Of a stretch of 64,000 bases of DNA, positions 1 to 10,358 are shown piece after piece; the first letter of the stretch is position 1, and every line of letters begins with the position of its first letter. The notes below the pieces were generated by a model. It saw only the letters and a program-made list of their open reading frames with translations, was not told the origin of the DNA and did no database searches. This DNA is from a virus. Its lineage: Duplodnaviria; Caudoviricetes. The translations under genes were made by a program, and so were the position numbers. Location of the stretch: the IMG/VR virus record IMGVR_UViG_3300042914_003272, positions 1 to 64,000 of that record, one strand, 5' to 3'.

Positions 1-1
1 A

Positions 2-442
2 GATGCCTATGGAATAATTGAAAGAGCTATTACAGGGACTCAAGTAATAGTTGATTTAAAGATTAAAGAAGATATTAGAGAACAATATTATATTAAAAAA
101 GAAGAGAGTAGAAATAACTGTCAACCCATTTGCTTTGCCTTTATTGGTGAGTATTATGTAGGGTTAGTTCCAAGGTTCGCTGAACCCGGTCAAAAGGACG
201 GATTGAGTAATGATAAGGGTTCTATGGATTTAGAACCAGAAAAAAACACAGAACCTTTAGAACCCCAAGAAAGCTCTGATGATTTAGAACCTACTCTAGA
301 AGAAAGATTTGGTGTTACTAGAAGACGGATGCAAGGACTCTCCAAAAAAGATATTATCTATCAAGTGTGGGGAGCTACAAAAGGTGGAGGAAAAAGTTAT
401 CAATTAGCTAATTTAAAGTATGAGAAAATAATTCAAGACTAA
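2..442 (+). CDS. hypothetical protein, 5'-partial
   Basis: Frame open from position 2 into the tracked 203..442 ORF. Confidence 0.6.
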   Translation, partial: DAYGIIERAITGTQVIVDLKIKEDIREQYYIKKEESRNNCQPICFAFIGEYYVGLVPRFAEPGQKDGLSNDKGSMDLEPEKNTEPLEPQESSDDLEPTLEERFGVTRRRMQGLSKKDIIYQVWGATKGGGKSYQLANLKYEKIIQD

Positions 443-885
443 ATAATTGAAGAGTAGATTAACTCTTCAATTTCATTAACCAATACAACACCAAACCCAG
501 CTAACTCTGCTGTACTTAACCAAATTTGCGCTTGGTAGCTTGGGTCTGGTTGTGTTTGTTGAAGTAGTTTAATCAGCTTGTCATAACTTTCTTTAGAAAG
601 AATATCTCCGTCTTTCAAAATACCTAAACTAACAGCAACCAAATCCCAGTTTTGTTGATTGACTGCCTGTAGAATCCTGTCATACGTCCAGGTTTCTGCA
701 ATTTCAAATCTCTCTTTAGGTGTGAGAATTGCTAATGTTTGTTCTAAAGTAGGTAACAGAGGAATTGTACCCTGTGGTTTAGGATTATTAACTAATAACT
801 TATCGTTTAAGAATGAAGTTAATTCCCTAGCAGATAGTTGAGGGAATTGTGCAATTTGAGAAAGCAGCCATTCTTGTTTTGTCAT
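439..885 (-). CDS. hypothetical phage protein (tail-associated cluster)
   Basis: 148-aa ORF in minus-strand virion operon. Confidence 0.6.
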   Translation of the reverse strand: MTKQEWLLSQIAQFPQLSARELTSFLNDKLLVNNPKPQGTIPLLPTLEQTLAILTPKERFEIAETWTYDRILQAVNQQNWDLVAVSLGILKDGDILSKESYDKLIKLLQQTQPDPSYQAQIWLSTAELAGFGVVLVNEIEELIYSSII

Positions 886-915
886 AATTTTAATTATCCA
901 CTAATATGATTTTCC

Positions 916-1809
916 TCAAGCTACTGTGATGCTGTAGTACTTACCCTCATTGCGCTCAAGGGTTTGCCGGTCGGTGGTGGAAAGGACGGAGGGGAACGAA
1001 ATCAATTCTGATACAGTGCCTTCAAATGGGAACAATGCTCCAGTTCCATTCAGCGAACCTATCGTGCTATTGACCCCCGTATAGACGCTCGTGATTGTTG
1101 CGCTATCCCATTCCGCGCCGTTCTTAAACAGTTTCCACTGCTCGCTTCCGGTGGTTGATATAGATGTGATTAAAGTGGGTGTATTTGAAATAGCAACATC
1201 TGCGGCGAAACCACTGCCTCCTCCGCTTCCTCCGCCTTGCGTCGCTGAAGAGTTGAATACGTTTAAGCGCCCAACCGAAATAGGCCCAGCCGATTCTTGG
1301 TTTGCAATAACGTAAAAACGGCCATTTTGCCCCGAAGACCACTGCCCAAAAACAGTCCCAAATTCATTTTCAATCGTCGGTGTGAACAGAATAAACAAAC
1401 TGTGCGTTGCGCCAATAAGCGGAGAAGCGGCAGCTAAATAATCATTTACGCCATCAAACCTGATAGCGGGTTTGCCGTTTTGCGTCTCTATCGCACCATT
1501 GCTAACAATGCGCGGCCGCGATCCCGTAATTGAAACTGCATGACGACCATTGCCAGATTGGTCATACCAGATAACAATCTCACCGTTGTCCGAACCGACA
1601 AATGCTAATAATGTAACAATGTCTAAATCCTCTCCAATAAAACCTATATCTAATTGTGAGTTATCACTAGTTCTCATTACTCTTATAGCTGCGCCAGTCC
1701 AAAACCTGGAAAGCCGTCTTAATCCATAAGCGACAGAGGCTATAGCAAAAATTAAATCAAGAACACATTTAAAACCACCCAACACCACCATTCTAGTAGA
1801 AGGTCTCAT
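916..1809 (-). CDS. LamG/concanavalin-like lectin-domain tail or receptor-binding protein
   Basis: AYGLRRL...WYDQSGNGRHA...NGKPAIRFDG...FEGTVSELI motifs typical of ConA/LamG phage tail proteins. Confidence 0.65.
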   Translation of the reverse strand: MRPSTRMVVLGGFKCVLDLIFAIASVAYGLRRLSRFWTGAAIRVMRTSDNSQLDIGFIGEDLDIVTLLAFVGSDNGEIVIWYDQSGNGRHAVSITGSRPRIVSNGAIETQNGKPAIRFDGVNDYLAAASPLIGATHSLFILFTPTIENEFGTVFGQWSSGQNGRFYVIANQESAGPISVGRLNVFNSSATQGGGSGGGSGFAADVAISNTPTLITSISTTGSEQWKLFKNGAEWDSATITSVYTGVNSTIGSLNGTGALFPFEGTVSELISFPSVLSTTDRQTLERNEGKYYSITVA

Positions 1810-2642
1810 GGTGCAAAACTCCTAGCACGAATAGTAAAAGATTCACTATTTGCATTAGGGGTAAATGCTCCATTAGTAACCACATATCCAAACAGAGAAG
1901 TGCCAGTCAATTTATAAAGTTGGTTTAGGTTTCGTATTTCAGCAACTACACTACCACCACCTTGCGCTAGTGATGCTGATAAGGCTATGCCTCTAGGAGT
2001 TAGAATACTAGCTCTATCCCCAGATGATATAGAAAAAGCTAAGTTATCAGCTATAGCTGATGGTGGAGTAACACCGTATAAATACAAGGTAAAACTACTC
2101 ATACCACTAGGAACTGCTGTGATATTAAAAATAATATCTAAGCTTTCAATAAATATAAATCCACCACTAGCACCAATACTTGTTAACTCAAATACACCGC
2201 CATAAACATCATTAGCCGTATACGGTGTAACGTTAGCAGGTCTTGTTACTAGCGTTGATGCAACATAAGCTAGTCCTGCCGGAGCAGTAGCCATGCTTAC
2301 AGGTTGCGTAGCCCCGTCACTGGATAGTGTTACCGGAAAACTATTAGCTGCTGTTTTTGTTCCTAAGCTTGTAGGCAGCAATGCTATTAGAGATGTAATC
2401 TGTTGAGCCAGTCTTTGAAGTCTGCCATTTAATCCACTACTTGCGGTATCATTCGCTGGTGCTGATTCTGTCAAGCTACCTAGTTGTGTAATCTGTGTGG
2501 TTTGATTAGCAGCACTAGCATCACCGCCGCCTCCACCACCGCCTCCACCGCCTCCACCACTTGTCAACATAGCAACAGTAGCAGGAACTTTGTTGCCACT
2601 AGCATCTACTACATGAATTAAAGGCTTTTCATAATCTGCCAT
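1806..2642 (-). CDS. putative virion/tail fibre protein with poly-Gly linker
   Basis: Gly run, beta-rich C-terminal domain, operon context. Confidence 0.55.
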   Translation of the reverse strand: MADYEKPLIHVVDASGNKVPATVAMLTSGGGGGGGGGGGGDASAANQTTQITQLGSLTESAPANDTASSGLNGRLQRLAQQITSLIALLPTSLGTKTAANSFPVTLSSDGATQPVSMATAPAGLAYVASTLVTRPANVTPYTANDVYGGVFELTSIGASGGFIFIESLDIIFNITAVPSGMSSFTLYLYGVTPPSAIADNLAFSISSGDRASILTPRGIALSASLAQGGGSVVAEIRNLNQLYKLTGTSLFGYVVTNGAFTPNANSESFTIRARSFAP

Positions 2643-2942
2643 TTATATACCTCCAATTTTATTAATGTTTCCCATAAAAGAATTTCCCGCATAACCCTTT
2701 TGATATTTTTCCTTTTCAGCTTCTTCCTTTTCAAATTCAAATTCAAGGTCAGTAGGAATATCACCTTTTTTTAATTCCCCACGGATAATCCTGGCAGCTA
2801 ATATATGTTTACATTGACCTAATATTGCACCACCTTGTGAATTTTCCCAGCCGGATTCAAAAGGAACAAAATTAATTATCTTATTAGCGGCATCACGGTT
2901 TTTAGCACTGTCTTGACAATTACATTTGTACACAACAGCCAT
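2643..2942 (-). CDS. SWIM-type zinc-finger protein
   Basis: CNC...CKH (CxC-Xn-CxH). Confidence 0.6.
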   Translation of the reverse strand: MAVVYKCNCQDSAKNRDAANKIINFVPFESGWENSQGGAILGQCKHILAARIIRGELKKGDIPTDLEFEFEKEEAEKEKYQKGYAGNSFMGNINKIGGI

Positions 2943-2987
2943 ATATTCTCTATATAAATTTTGGTATATTATTCCTAATAGATGGGG

Positions 2988-5549
2988 TTAAAATCTTAGC
3001 CAACAAAATGTACCTGACAATGTAGCTCCAGCGTTTAGCGCATTAAATGTTAACACCCCATTCCCAGAAGATTGCATACTAATTTCTCCTGGGGCTGGTG
3101 CTGCACCATTGGTATAGACTTGTGTAACAGCTACCCCATTAATTGTAAACTTATGTAATTCTGGGGTATCGGTTTCTATTCTGATGAATGAAGGGTAAGT
3201 AGTTGCATCAGTTAAAGTTAATGTATAAGGTGCAGTAGCAGGTATTGTAAGACTTACGGGTTGGTTAAAAATTACCGGGATTGAATACCAAGCTGAGGAG
3301 TAATCTAGCGAACTAGCATTATCTTTCCAGAATCCGTAACATATTCCCTGAGTAAAATAGTTGGTAGATGTAAAATGCGGTGCATTAGTACCATTAGCAA
3401 ATGCAACTGTAATCCCATTAATCAATGCTTCTGCACCAGTATGAGTAGTTTTAGAATTGGCATTACCAGCGACCCAACTACTTCCATTCCAACCATAGTC
3501 AGTCCAGCAATAGGTATTATCAGTAAATAATTGCCTCATAGATGCGTAAAAAGTTATTCCGCTATCTAAATGTAAAAGTGTTGGTGTAGTTCCTAATGCT
3601 GTGTATGTAACCACTGATGTGTTATTAGAACTAAACAATCTATCATTAGTAATTAAATTACCATTATAAAAATCTACCTTATAGTAAGCATCACTTCCCC
3701 ATACTGTATGAGTAAAGGTTTCTGATGGAATACTCACAGCAACAGTACCACCGTTGATAGTAAAAGTCAATGCAGTTCTTGTAGTAGTTCCATAGGTAAA
3801 TCTAGATTCTTGTGCAGCCCAAAAACTTCCTGTATTACTAACATCTAAACTTGCAGGATATCTTTTTATCTGACTTCCTTCATATCCTAATACCGCTGCT
3901 GGTGTACCCACTTGCCACCAAACCATTCTTCTATTAGTGCCACTTGCATTTTCTGCAATAATAGCTATTCTGTCATTAGTATTTTCGGGGTCTGCTTTTA
4001 AAAAATAGACTCTTGACCAATTTCCATCGCTAATTCCAGTAAACGTAAAAGTTTCAGTAACTGCCCAATTATTAGAGCTATAAAGACCACCATCAACAAG
4101 TGCAAAAGTTCTACCATTTCTTCCTACATCAACTCCGTAACAAGGGCTGTTTAACTGTAAGGTAATTGAGTTTGTGTTGACATTAATTATGTAAAGCCCT
4201 GTATTCCTACAGGCAACATAAATTAGATTATTTGCAGGGTCTACAGCTACTTGTCTTATTTGAGTTGCACTTAAAACCGGAGTTGATAAGCTATCCCATG
4301 TGGTAAAAGTTCCGTCAAAGATATCAAGTAAAGTTACTCCAGTATCATCGTATTGGACTATTTGAGTATTTGACCAGCGCAATAAATCATTGTCTTGTTT
4401 TCTCCATCCGTGATGCCTGGGATGCGCTGCTATATTGGGATTTCTGTAGGGGCTTCCTATAGTTAAATCTGTATAGTTACTTCCATTAAAACCAAGATGT
4501 TTTCTAATGGATAATTTATAAGTCGCTACCCCTACTACACCTGTGGTAGTAATAGTAAGTTTAAATAATTCAGGCAATTTACCAGTCCAAGTTCCTGCAA
4601 GTGTAGGAATGCCATTAGAGCTACCAGCAAAAAGAGGGTCAAAGAAAGGAGTAGGTGCTGTAGATGAATGCCAAAATCCTGTTTGGAACGGCTCTTTAGC
4701 ATAATTTATTTTAGATACAAAGAAAGCATTGTTTTCACCCAAGGGTTCACCAACCCCTTGAGGCATTAAGTTGCAAATATATCCAATATACCTATTTCTA
4801 TCCCATGATAAATTATATCTCCATTTGTAATGAGAAGAGACTAATGTACCACCACTTAACCAACCTGGAGCAAAAGACTCTGAATTTGCAAGATTTGGAG
4901 AGTTGGCAACATAAAGATTTTTGTAGGAATCTAAGTTGTTGATATTTGTAAAGCTAACAAACAACATTCCAATTCTAAAAATGGAAGTTCCATCCCATGG
5001 AATTGTCACGGCTTTACCAAATTGATAACGGGCTGAATCACCCAGAAAACCTTGCCCACCACCGCTATTTGTAAATTGTATTCTATAAAAAATATCTAGA
5101 AATTCTGTTGCACCTTGAGTACAAGGGGTATCTAATTTTAAGTAAGCATAAGTTTGAGTAGATAAATTACCCTGGCTATTACCACTACCTAATGCTGTCA
5201 AACCAACAGAATTGAACACTCTACTTGTCCCAGTAAAATCTATTCTATTATGTATTTGCCCATAAGGTGGGTCAATACCAGGATTCCAAGTAGGTGAAGT
5301 AGCATTTGAAGGAATATAACCAGTTGCAATAATATTAGTTAATGTTGAGTTTAGTATTGTTGGTGTTGTTGTAGAGGTAGAAATAGAAATGCGTTTATCC
5401 CCAAAATAACCCCTTACCGCCCCCTGACTTAACACCCCCAATAAACTAGCAGCAGGTATTAAGTTTTTTTGTGTGATTACCTCTACTATTTCTCCAGTAA
5501 CACTATCAACTTTTTTTATCTCTACAACACCTTCAATTTTCATAACCAC
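2988..5549 (-). CDS. large tail/structural protein (beta-propeller-like middle)
   Basis: 853 aa, Thr/Gly/Asn-rich; VAVDPANNLIYVA...GLYII propeller-type blade. Confidence 0.6.
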   Translation of the reverse strand: MVMKIEGVVEIKKVDSVTGEIVEVITQKNLIPAASLLGVLSQGAVRGYFGDKRISISTSTTTPTILNSTLTNIIATGYIPSNATSPTWNPGIDPPYGQIHNRIDFTGTSRVFNSVGLTALGSGNSQGNLSTQTYAYLKLDTPCTQGATEFLDIFYRIQFTNSGGGQGFLGDSARYQFGKAVTIPWDGTSIFRIGMLFVSFTNINNLDSYKNLYVANSPNLANSESFAPGWLSGGTLVSSHYKWRYNLSWDRNRYIGYICNLMPQGVGEPLGENNAFFVSKINYAKEPFQTGFWHSSTAPTPFFDPLFAGSSNGIPTLAGTWTGKLPELFKLTITTTGVVGVATYKLSIRKHLGFNGSNYTDLTIGSPYRNPNIAAHPRHHGWRKQDNDLLRWSNTQIVQYDDTGVTLLDIFDGTFTTWDSLSTPVLSATQIRQVAVDPANNLIYVACRNTGLYIINVNTNSITLQLNSPCYGVDVGRNGRTFALVDGGLYSSNNWAVTETFTFTGISDGNWSRVYFLKADPENTNDRIAIIAENASGTNRRMVWWQVGTPAAVLGYEGSQIKRYPASLDVSNTGSFWAAQESRFTYGTTTRTALTFTINGGTVAVSIPSETFTHTVWGSDAYYKVDFYNGNLITNDRLFSSNNTSVVTYTALGTTPTLLHLDSGITFYASMRQLFTDNTYCWTDYGWNGSSWVAGNANSKTTHTGAEALINGITVAFANGTNAPHFTSTNYFTQGICYGFWKDNASSLDYSSAWYSIPVIFNQPVSLTIPATAPYTLTLTDATTYPSFIRIETDTPELHKFTINGVAVTQVYTNGAAPAPGEISMQSSGNGVLTFNALNAGATLSGTFCWLRF

Positions 5550-5586
5550 TTTAAATAATTAGTTTGGTGGTATAATTCCTACAACG

Positions 5587-5608
5587 GCTAACGCCGCAGG
5601 AGTGGTGA
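5587..5608 (+). promoter_or_regulatory. class A hairpin element
   Basis: CGGC-TAAC-GCCG, core+11nt+TGA. Confidence 0.7.
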
Positions 5609-5636
5609 AGTTATTCAATAATTAGTGGAGTAGTTT

Positions 5637-5933
5637 ATGAAAACAATATTTAACAAAGAAGGTCACGGAGACGATGCAGAAAGCTTGCATCAATTTGTTG
5701 ACAGGAATAAGATAGAAAAAGATAGCAACCATGCTACTTTACGAATTGACAAAGATGATTGGATTTCTATCTTTTACAAAGCAACTAACGGAAAGTTTTA
5801 CAAAGAAACGACCTCTTGCGGCTACGAAATTCATCTTTATGAATTTGAGTCTGAAGAAGAATATCAGACTTGTTTAAAAACTTGTTTGTTTGTTAATTGC
5901 GGTATGGGGTTATCCAATAATAACCCCACCTAA
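5637..5933 (+). CDS. hypothetical protein
   Basis: GGAG RBS, class A element upstream. Confidence 0.6.
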   Translation: MKTIFNKEGHGDDAESLHQFVDRNKIEKDSNHATLRIDKDDWISIFYKATNGKFYKETTSCGYEIHLYEFESEEEYQTCLKTCLFVNCGMGLSNNNPT

Positions 5934-7190
5934 GTCTACTTTGGTATAGCTGCTGGTCATTTTACTAGCTCCTATACCAACGCATTCATCAACATAAGTA
6001 TAACTGGAAGTTCTTAATTCTATTTGAGTTATTGACTGGTTTTGCTTACTAGATGATATGCCAGAATAAATATCTTCATATTGATAACTAGTAACTTTTA
6101 AATCTACAGTTACAATGTTTTGGCTCTGCTTGCTAAAAGATATTCCATTATAAGAATCATCGGCATAAACCTGATGGGTAATATCTCCAAAAGTAAAATA
6201 AAATATGTTTGATGGAGTATCAACTAGCTTTCCATAGAAGTTAAAGTGAGAGACAATTCTATAATGTTTATTTAGTTCTAATTGAAATAATCTTTCTTCA
6301 TTAACAGCAGCATAATCAATTACTGTATAGCTCCCAGTTGTGTTAACAGTTAGGCTATAACCAATAATAAATTGACTCTCACAGCTAGGGGAATTCCAGG
6401 TGACAAAGATATTATTTATATCTTCACAATAAGCTTTTTGTAAATAATCTGGAGGGGAAATGTAAGGGGTTATAGATACTTTTTGGCATTCTCTATCAGA
6501 AACAATCCCTTTGCTTACCGAAATTCCATAATGTGTAGAAGTTGGGGTGTTGTAAACAACTAAATCTTGGAAAATAGCTGGGTTATTTTCCAGCTTTACC
6601 CTAAGAATGATTGGCAGTCCAGTCCCGCTATCACATCCAGAAGTGTAACAAGTTGATTGAATAAATATAGTTGGTTCTGCTATAGAGTCATTATCAAATA
6701 ATACGGTTTTATTTCCTGCTCTTTGTTCCCACTTAAAATTTTTACCATCACTTTCTATAGCTCCAGTTAGTTTGAATCCAGTAGCAGGTGGGCATACAAT
6801 AACAAATGATGGAATCAACAAGTTAATAAATGTACCACTATCATCCTCAGCTACAGTTACCTCCCAAAACCCAGTATTAGAGTTGGAACTATAATAAAAA
6901 TAAGTGGTTTTATTGGGTTCTTCTTTAATCTTAGAAGGTTGTAATTCTAACGCTTTTAAATATCTTTTATAGGCAGACTTGAAGTTATACTCTTCTTGAG
7001 GATTAAATTCCCTCTTTCGACCAGTAATAATATCATCTATATTTGGGTTTTCACTTTTACCTTCTTCAAAATCAAAAGCATCAGGATTAGGTTCTGTAGA
7101 CTTAGGAGCAATAAACGAAGTCCTGTTAGACTGCCCTTTGGCAGCCCAGGGTTTTAACTTGTTTATTTTACCATTCCATCTTGATGCCAT
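5910..7190 (-). CDS. putative virion protein (Ig/FN3-like beta domains)
   Basis: 426 aa, FKWEQ..G and VTWNSP..IIGYSL patterns. Confidence 0.5.
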   Translation of the reverse strand: MASRWNGKINKLKPWAAKGQSNRTSFIAPKSTEPNPDAFDFEEGKSENPNIDDIITGRKREFNPQEEYNFKSAYKRYLKALELQPSKIKEEPNKTTYFYYSSNSNTGFWEVTVAEDDSGTFINLLIPSFVIVCPPATGFKLTGAIESDGKNFKWEQRAGNKTVLFDNDSIAEPTIFIQSTCYTSGCDSGTGLPIILRVKLENNPAIFQDLVVYNTPTSTHYGISVSKGIVSDRECQKVSITPYISPPDYLQKAYCEDINNIFVTWNSPSCESQFIIGYSLTVNTTGSYTVIDYAAVNEERLFQLELNKHYRIVSHFNFYGKLVDTPSNIFYFTFGDITHQVYADDSYNGISFSKQSQNIVTVDLKVTSYQYEDIYSGISSSKQNQSITQIELRTSSYTYVDECVGIGASKMTSSYTKVDLGGVIIG

Positions 7191-7221
7191 GATTTTAGTT
7201 ATTAGTTTGTGATATAATTCT

Positions 7222-7257
7222 TCAAAGAAATAGGGGCGATTGCCCCATTAGTGGTGA
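7222..7257. promoter_or_regulatory. class A hairpin element, bidirectional
   Basis: GGGGC-GATT-GCCCC, TGA 11 nt away on both strands. Confidence 0.7.
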
Positions 7258-7286
7258 TGTAATTGATTCGTAAAAGGAAATAAACA

Positions 7287-7685
7287 ATGCCTAAATTAAT
7301 AATTTCAAATGAATTAAAATTAGATTATCTTCAAGACCAGATAACACCCCAGGAGTTATTTGCCAGATGCCTAGAGGAAGGGCTTATAAATGAGATTTAT
7401 CTTCAGAAGATGATGAACTCTATGGCAACCGCTATGTTTTCTGTGTGGCGTGAATTAGGTATGCCTGATGAAATCTTTGACTCCATTATTAAAGGAGATT
7501 CTAAGGCTTTACAGGAAGCTATTGCCTACTTAAAAGCTGATAATGTTTCTGATAAAGAACGAGCATTAAAGGGAAACGTTCTTAATTGGACAATTAATAC
7601 TGTGGGATTAGGATATCAATTAGGAGCTATCTTTCAAAGAGATGATAAAACCCCAGGAGAAGAAGCCCCTATGATAAGAGGTTAA
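7287..7685 (+). CDS. hypothetical protein
   Basis: AGGA RBS, class A element upstream. Confidence 0.6.
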   Translation: MPKLIISNELKLDYLQDQITPQELFARCLEEGLINEIYLQKMMNSMATAMFSVWRELGMPDEIFDSIIKGDSKALQEAIAYLKADNVSDKERALKGNVLNWTINTVGLGYQLGAIFQRDDKTPGEEAPMIRG

Positions 7686-8209
7686 CTAATTCTTACAGGA
7701 ACATAGCGTTTACCTGTCAGTCTATATTTGTCATTCATTAGGTTTCTATAAGAACCTTGGTATTGCCCACCATCTCTATGATTTTCTCTTGCATATTGGT
7801 CGGCAATCACATCCCTCATTTCATTAAATTCTTTTCCCTTTGTCAGTAAATCTATTTTATCCTCATCCACCCATTTATATCTTTTTCCACCAAGCACAAA
7901 CTCATTAGAGTTTTCTAGCCATTGTTGGTATTTATCATCAGACCTGTTTTTGGCAACTCTATCAACCCATTCAGGTGTTAAACCTAAATCCCCTGATATA
8001 TCTGCTCTAATCCTTTGTTGTTCTTTAATCCTTTCTTGCTCACGCTGAATATGGTCATCAAGCAAATCCATTGGAGCAATTTTAGGTTGAGGATTGTTAG
8101 GCACGTTATATGGATTGCTGGCAGTATTTTTTTTACCTTCAGAAAGTCCATATCCTAACCCTGCGGCAACCGATGCTAGTCCTGTGCCAATAGCCCAAAG
8201 TGGTATCAT
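7682..8209 (-). CDS. putative ejection/internal virion protein
   Basis: Gly/Ala-rich hydrophobic N-terminus. Confidence 0.45.
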   Translation of the reverse strand: MIPLWAIGTGLASVAAGLGYGLSEGKKNTASNPYNVPNNPQPKIAPMDLLDDHIQREQERIKEQQRIRADISGDLGLTPEWVDRVAKNRSDDKYQQWLENSNEFVLGGKRYKWVDEDKIDLLTKGKEFNEMRDVIADQYARENHRDGGQYQGSYRNLMNDKYRLTGKRYVPVRIS

Positions 8210-8239
8210 AATCTTTTCTCCAAATATATTTACAACACA

Positions 8240-8599
8240 ATGAAAAACCTGTTGTCTTTTCTAATTCTTTTAACTTTGTGTAGCTGTACTAATGATGATA
8301 TTAACTGGATGCTAATGTCGCCAGCAGACAAAGACATTTATCGTGCTAAAAGTGTTTTTCGTATTCCAGGTTCATCCATTTTTGTTATTGAGTCTCCATT
8401 AGAAGAAAGTAATTCCAATCCTATAATCGCAAAAGATGATATTTACTTAAAGATAAGTGTCAGATGTACATCAAAAAGTGTTCAACCTGTTGCCATACTA
8501 AACGAAGAAGAAGTGTCTCTTTTTTGGGAAAAGCCGAAAAAAGAAATTAGCTTTTCCCAAAAAGAAAAAAATGTATTAATTAGGCATTTTTGTTCCTAG
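8240..8599 (+). CDS. putative lipoprotein
   Basis: MKNLLSFLILLTLCSC signal peptide with lipobox-like Cys. Confidence 0.55.
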   Translation: MKNLLSFLILLTLCSCTNDDINWMLMSPADKDIYRAKSVFRIPGSSIFVIESPLEESNSNPIIAKDDIYLKISVRCTSKSVQPVAILNEEEVSLFWEKPKKEISFSQKEKNVLIRHFCS

Positions 8600-9443
8600 T
8601 AAGAGCTTGACCTATATAAGAATCAATCAGAGATAATGCTTTTTGTCTCTGCATCTTCCTTTCAATAGGAATGTAATAATTTGTTCCTTCCGGGTCTGTG
8701 GGAATAGGAGCATTATTATTTCTATCATTAACGTGTTTTATATACCTTTGAAGGTTTGCTCCTTCAGGTTTGAATTGATTATTTCCAAATTCTTTACGGA
8801 CTACATCCTCTAGAGTTTGCCCCTTAGAAAATCTGTAGGGAACGTAATCATATTCTTTACCTCCTATTGCTAGTTGTGCTGCGGGAGCATTGCCAAATTC
8901 CATTATCTCTTGCCGTGACATCGGTATTCTTATATCAACAGGATATTCGGACCTCCAAGGAAGTTGTGCGCTAACGCCAGAAAGAGCAGGAATATAGTGT
9001 TTATTTCCTAATGCTTTGAAGTATCCAGGAATATCTTTCGCGTCAAAATCGTAATAGTCACTTATTCTCCATTCATCCCCAACTCTTTGAACCGAACCCC
9101 GTCCTATCAAAGTTTTGATATCGTAAGTTCCCGGACCCGCTGATGGAATATCCTCCCCTGTCTTTCGGTCTTTGACCTTGTAGTCATTGTAGCTTATCTG
9201 CCCTCTTTCAGAACCCGGTAAACCAGGCTTTCCTTGTATTGGTTTTCTGTAAGATATTGCAGCCAAACGCCGCAATGACTCTACCTCATTTGCATTCAAC
9301 CAAGAACCGTCAAGAGTTGAATCTTGCCAGGGTAACAAAAACTTTGTGTAAGCATAGTTTCTTCCGCTTCCCGTAGCAGCACCAATAGCACCACCGGCGG
9401 CTATAGAACCACCAGCAAGTAATGGAACAATTGGAATAGGCAT
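8580..9443 (-). CDS. putative virion protein with LysM-like C-terminal segment
   Basis: Gly/Ala N-terminus; YRFSKGQTLEDVVRK...YYIP resembles LysM. Confidence 0.45.
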   Translation of the reverse strand: MPIPIVPLLAGGSIAAGGAIGAATGSGRNYAYTKFLLPWQDSTLDGSWLNANEVESLRRLAAISYRKPIQGKPGLPGSERGQISYNDYKVKDRKTGEDIPSAGPGTYDIKTLIGRGSVQRVGDEWRISDYYDFDAKDIPGYFKALGNKHYIPALSGVSAQLPWRSEYPVDIRIPMSRQEIMEFGNAPAAQLAIGGKEYDYVPYRFSKGQTLEDVVRKEFGNNQFKPEGANLQRYIKHVNDRNNNAPIPTDPEGTNYYIPIERKMQRQKALSLIDSYIGQALTRNKNA

Positions 9444-9557
9444 TAATAATCTCCTCTACGTAAGTGACTACCTGTAAGTCTTTGTTTTTTTTGTTAATCA
9501 GGTTTAAGTAAAAACTTTAACACTGCCTGTTGTTTCCATGATTTTGTTTTGTAATAA

Positions 9558-10358
9558 TCAATAGTTCCTAAATTGTTTTCTTGCCAAATTGCTTATATCT
9601 TGAGAATTGTTTTGTTCATAAAAATACCTTTCTCCCGTTCTGTTATATCTTTCAATATCTAACTCTTGCCATGACAGAGGCTTGTAATTATTTGTGGCAG
9701 CTTCCATTAATTGCTCTGGCGGTTTACCACCTTGAGTCCATTGAACTTCTTTAATAATATCTGGTCTTTTGTCCCCCCAATATTGCATTTCCAGGTAAGG
9801 CTTGAGATTGTTGACGTTGGTTGCATCTTTCTGGTATGGATAAACCCTAGAGAATTGTTGTCTTATATTTTCTGGTGTTGCTGGCAAAACGTCGTCATAA
9901 GAAAATCCTCTTATCCTTTCATTTGGGGTTCTATAGTGAGCCATTAAATCCCCAGGAAATATAGTAGACCTTTCTAGCGCACTATCATAAAGTTTTAGCA
10001 ATACGGGATTGCTTGAGTTTTCACCCCACTTAGAACGGGAGTTCTTACCATAAAACAAAAGATTGCTACTGGCATAAGCCATTGGGTTTTCTTCTGGTAG
10101 AACTGCACCATAAACAGGAGTATTCGTATTTGACCATTCTGGAGTTACAAGTTTCTCATTACGATTTCTTATCCAAATATTTGGGGTATTGTTTCCTAGT
10201 TTTGGTTTAAATCCCTCTTTTAATATTGATGGCACAACATTATCGGCAGCAACAACATAAGGTGCAAATGAATCTATTTCATCTACGTTTTTAGCTACTC
10301 GCCACATATCATCAATGTGTTGAGAGATTAGCCTCAAAGCTTTTATGGATGGTGGCAT
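9558..10358 (-). CDS. DUF3626-like, putative ADP-ribosyltransferase-fold protein
   Basis: PVYGAV...YG...LKL...RSTIFPGD...YLEMQYWG motif order. Confidence 0.5.
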   Translation of the reverse strand: MPPSIKALRLISQHIDDMWRVAKNVDEIDSFAPYVVAADNVVPSILKEGFKPKLGNNTPNIWIRNRNEKLVTPEWSNTNTPVYGAVLPEENPMAYASSNLLFYGKNSRSKWGENSSNPVLLKLYDSALERSTIFPGDLMAHYRTPNERIRGFSYDDVLPATPENIRQQFSRVYPYQKDATNVNNLKPYLEMQYWGDKRPDIIKEVQWTQGGKPPEQLMEAATNNYKPLSWQELDIERYNRTGERYFYEQNNSQDISNLARKQFRNY

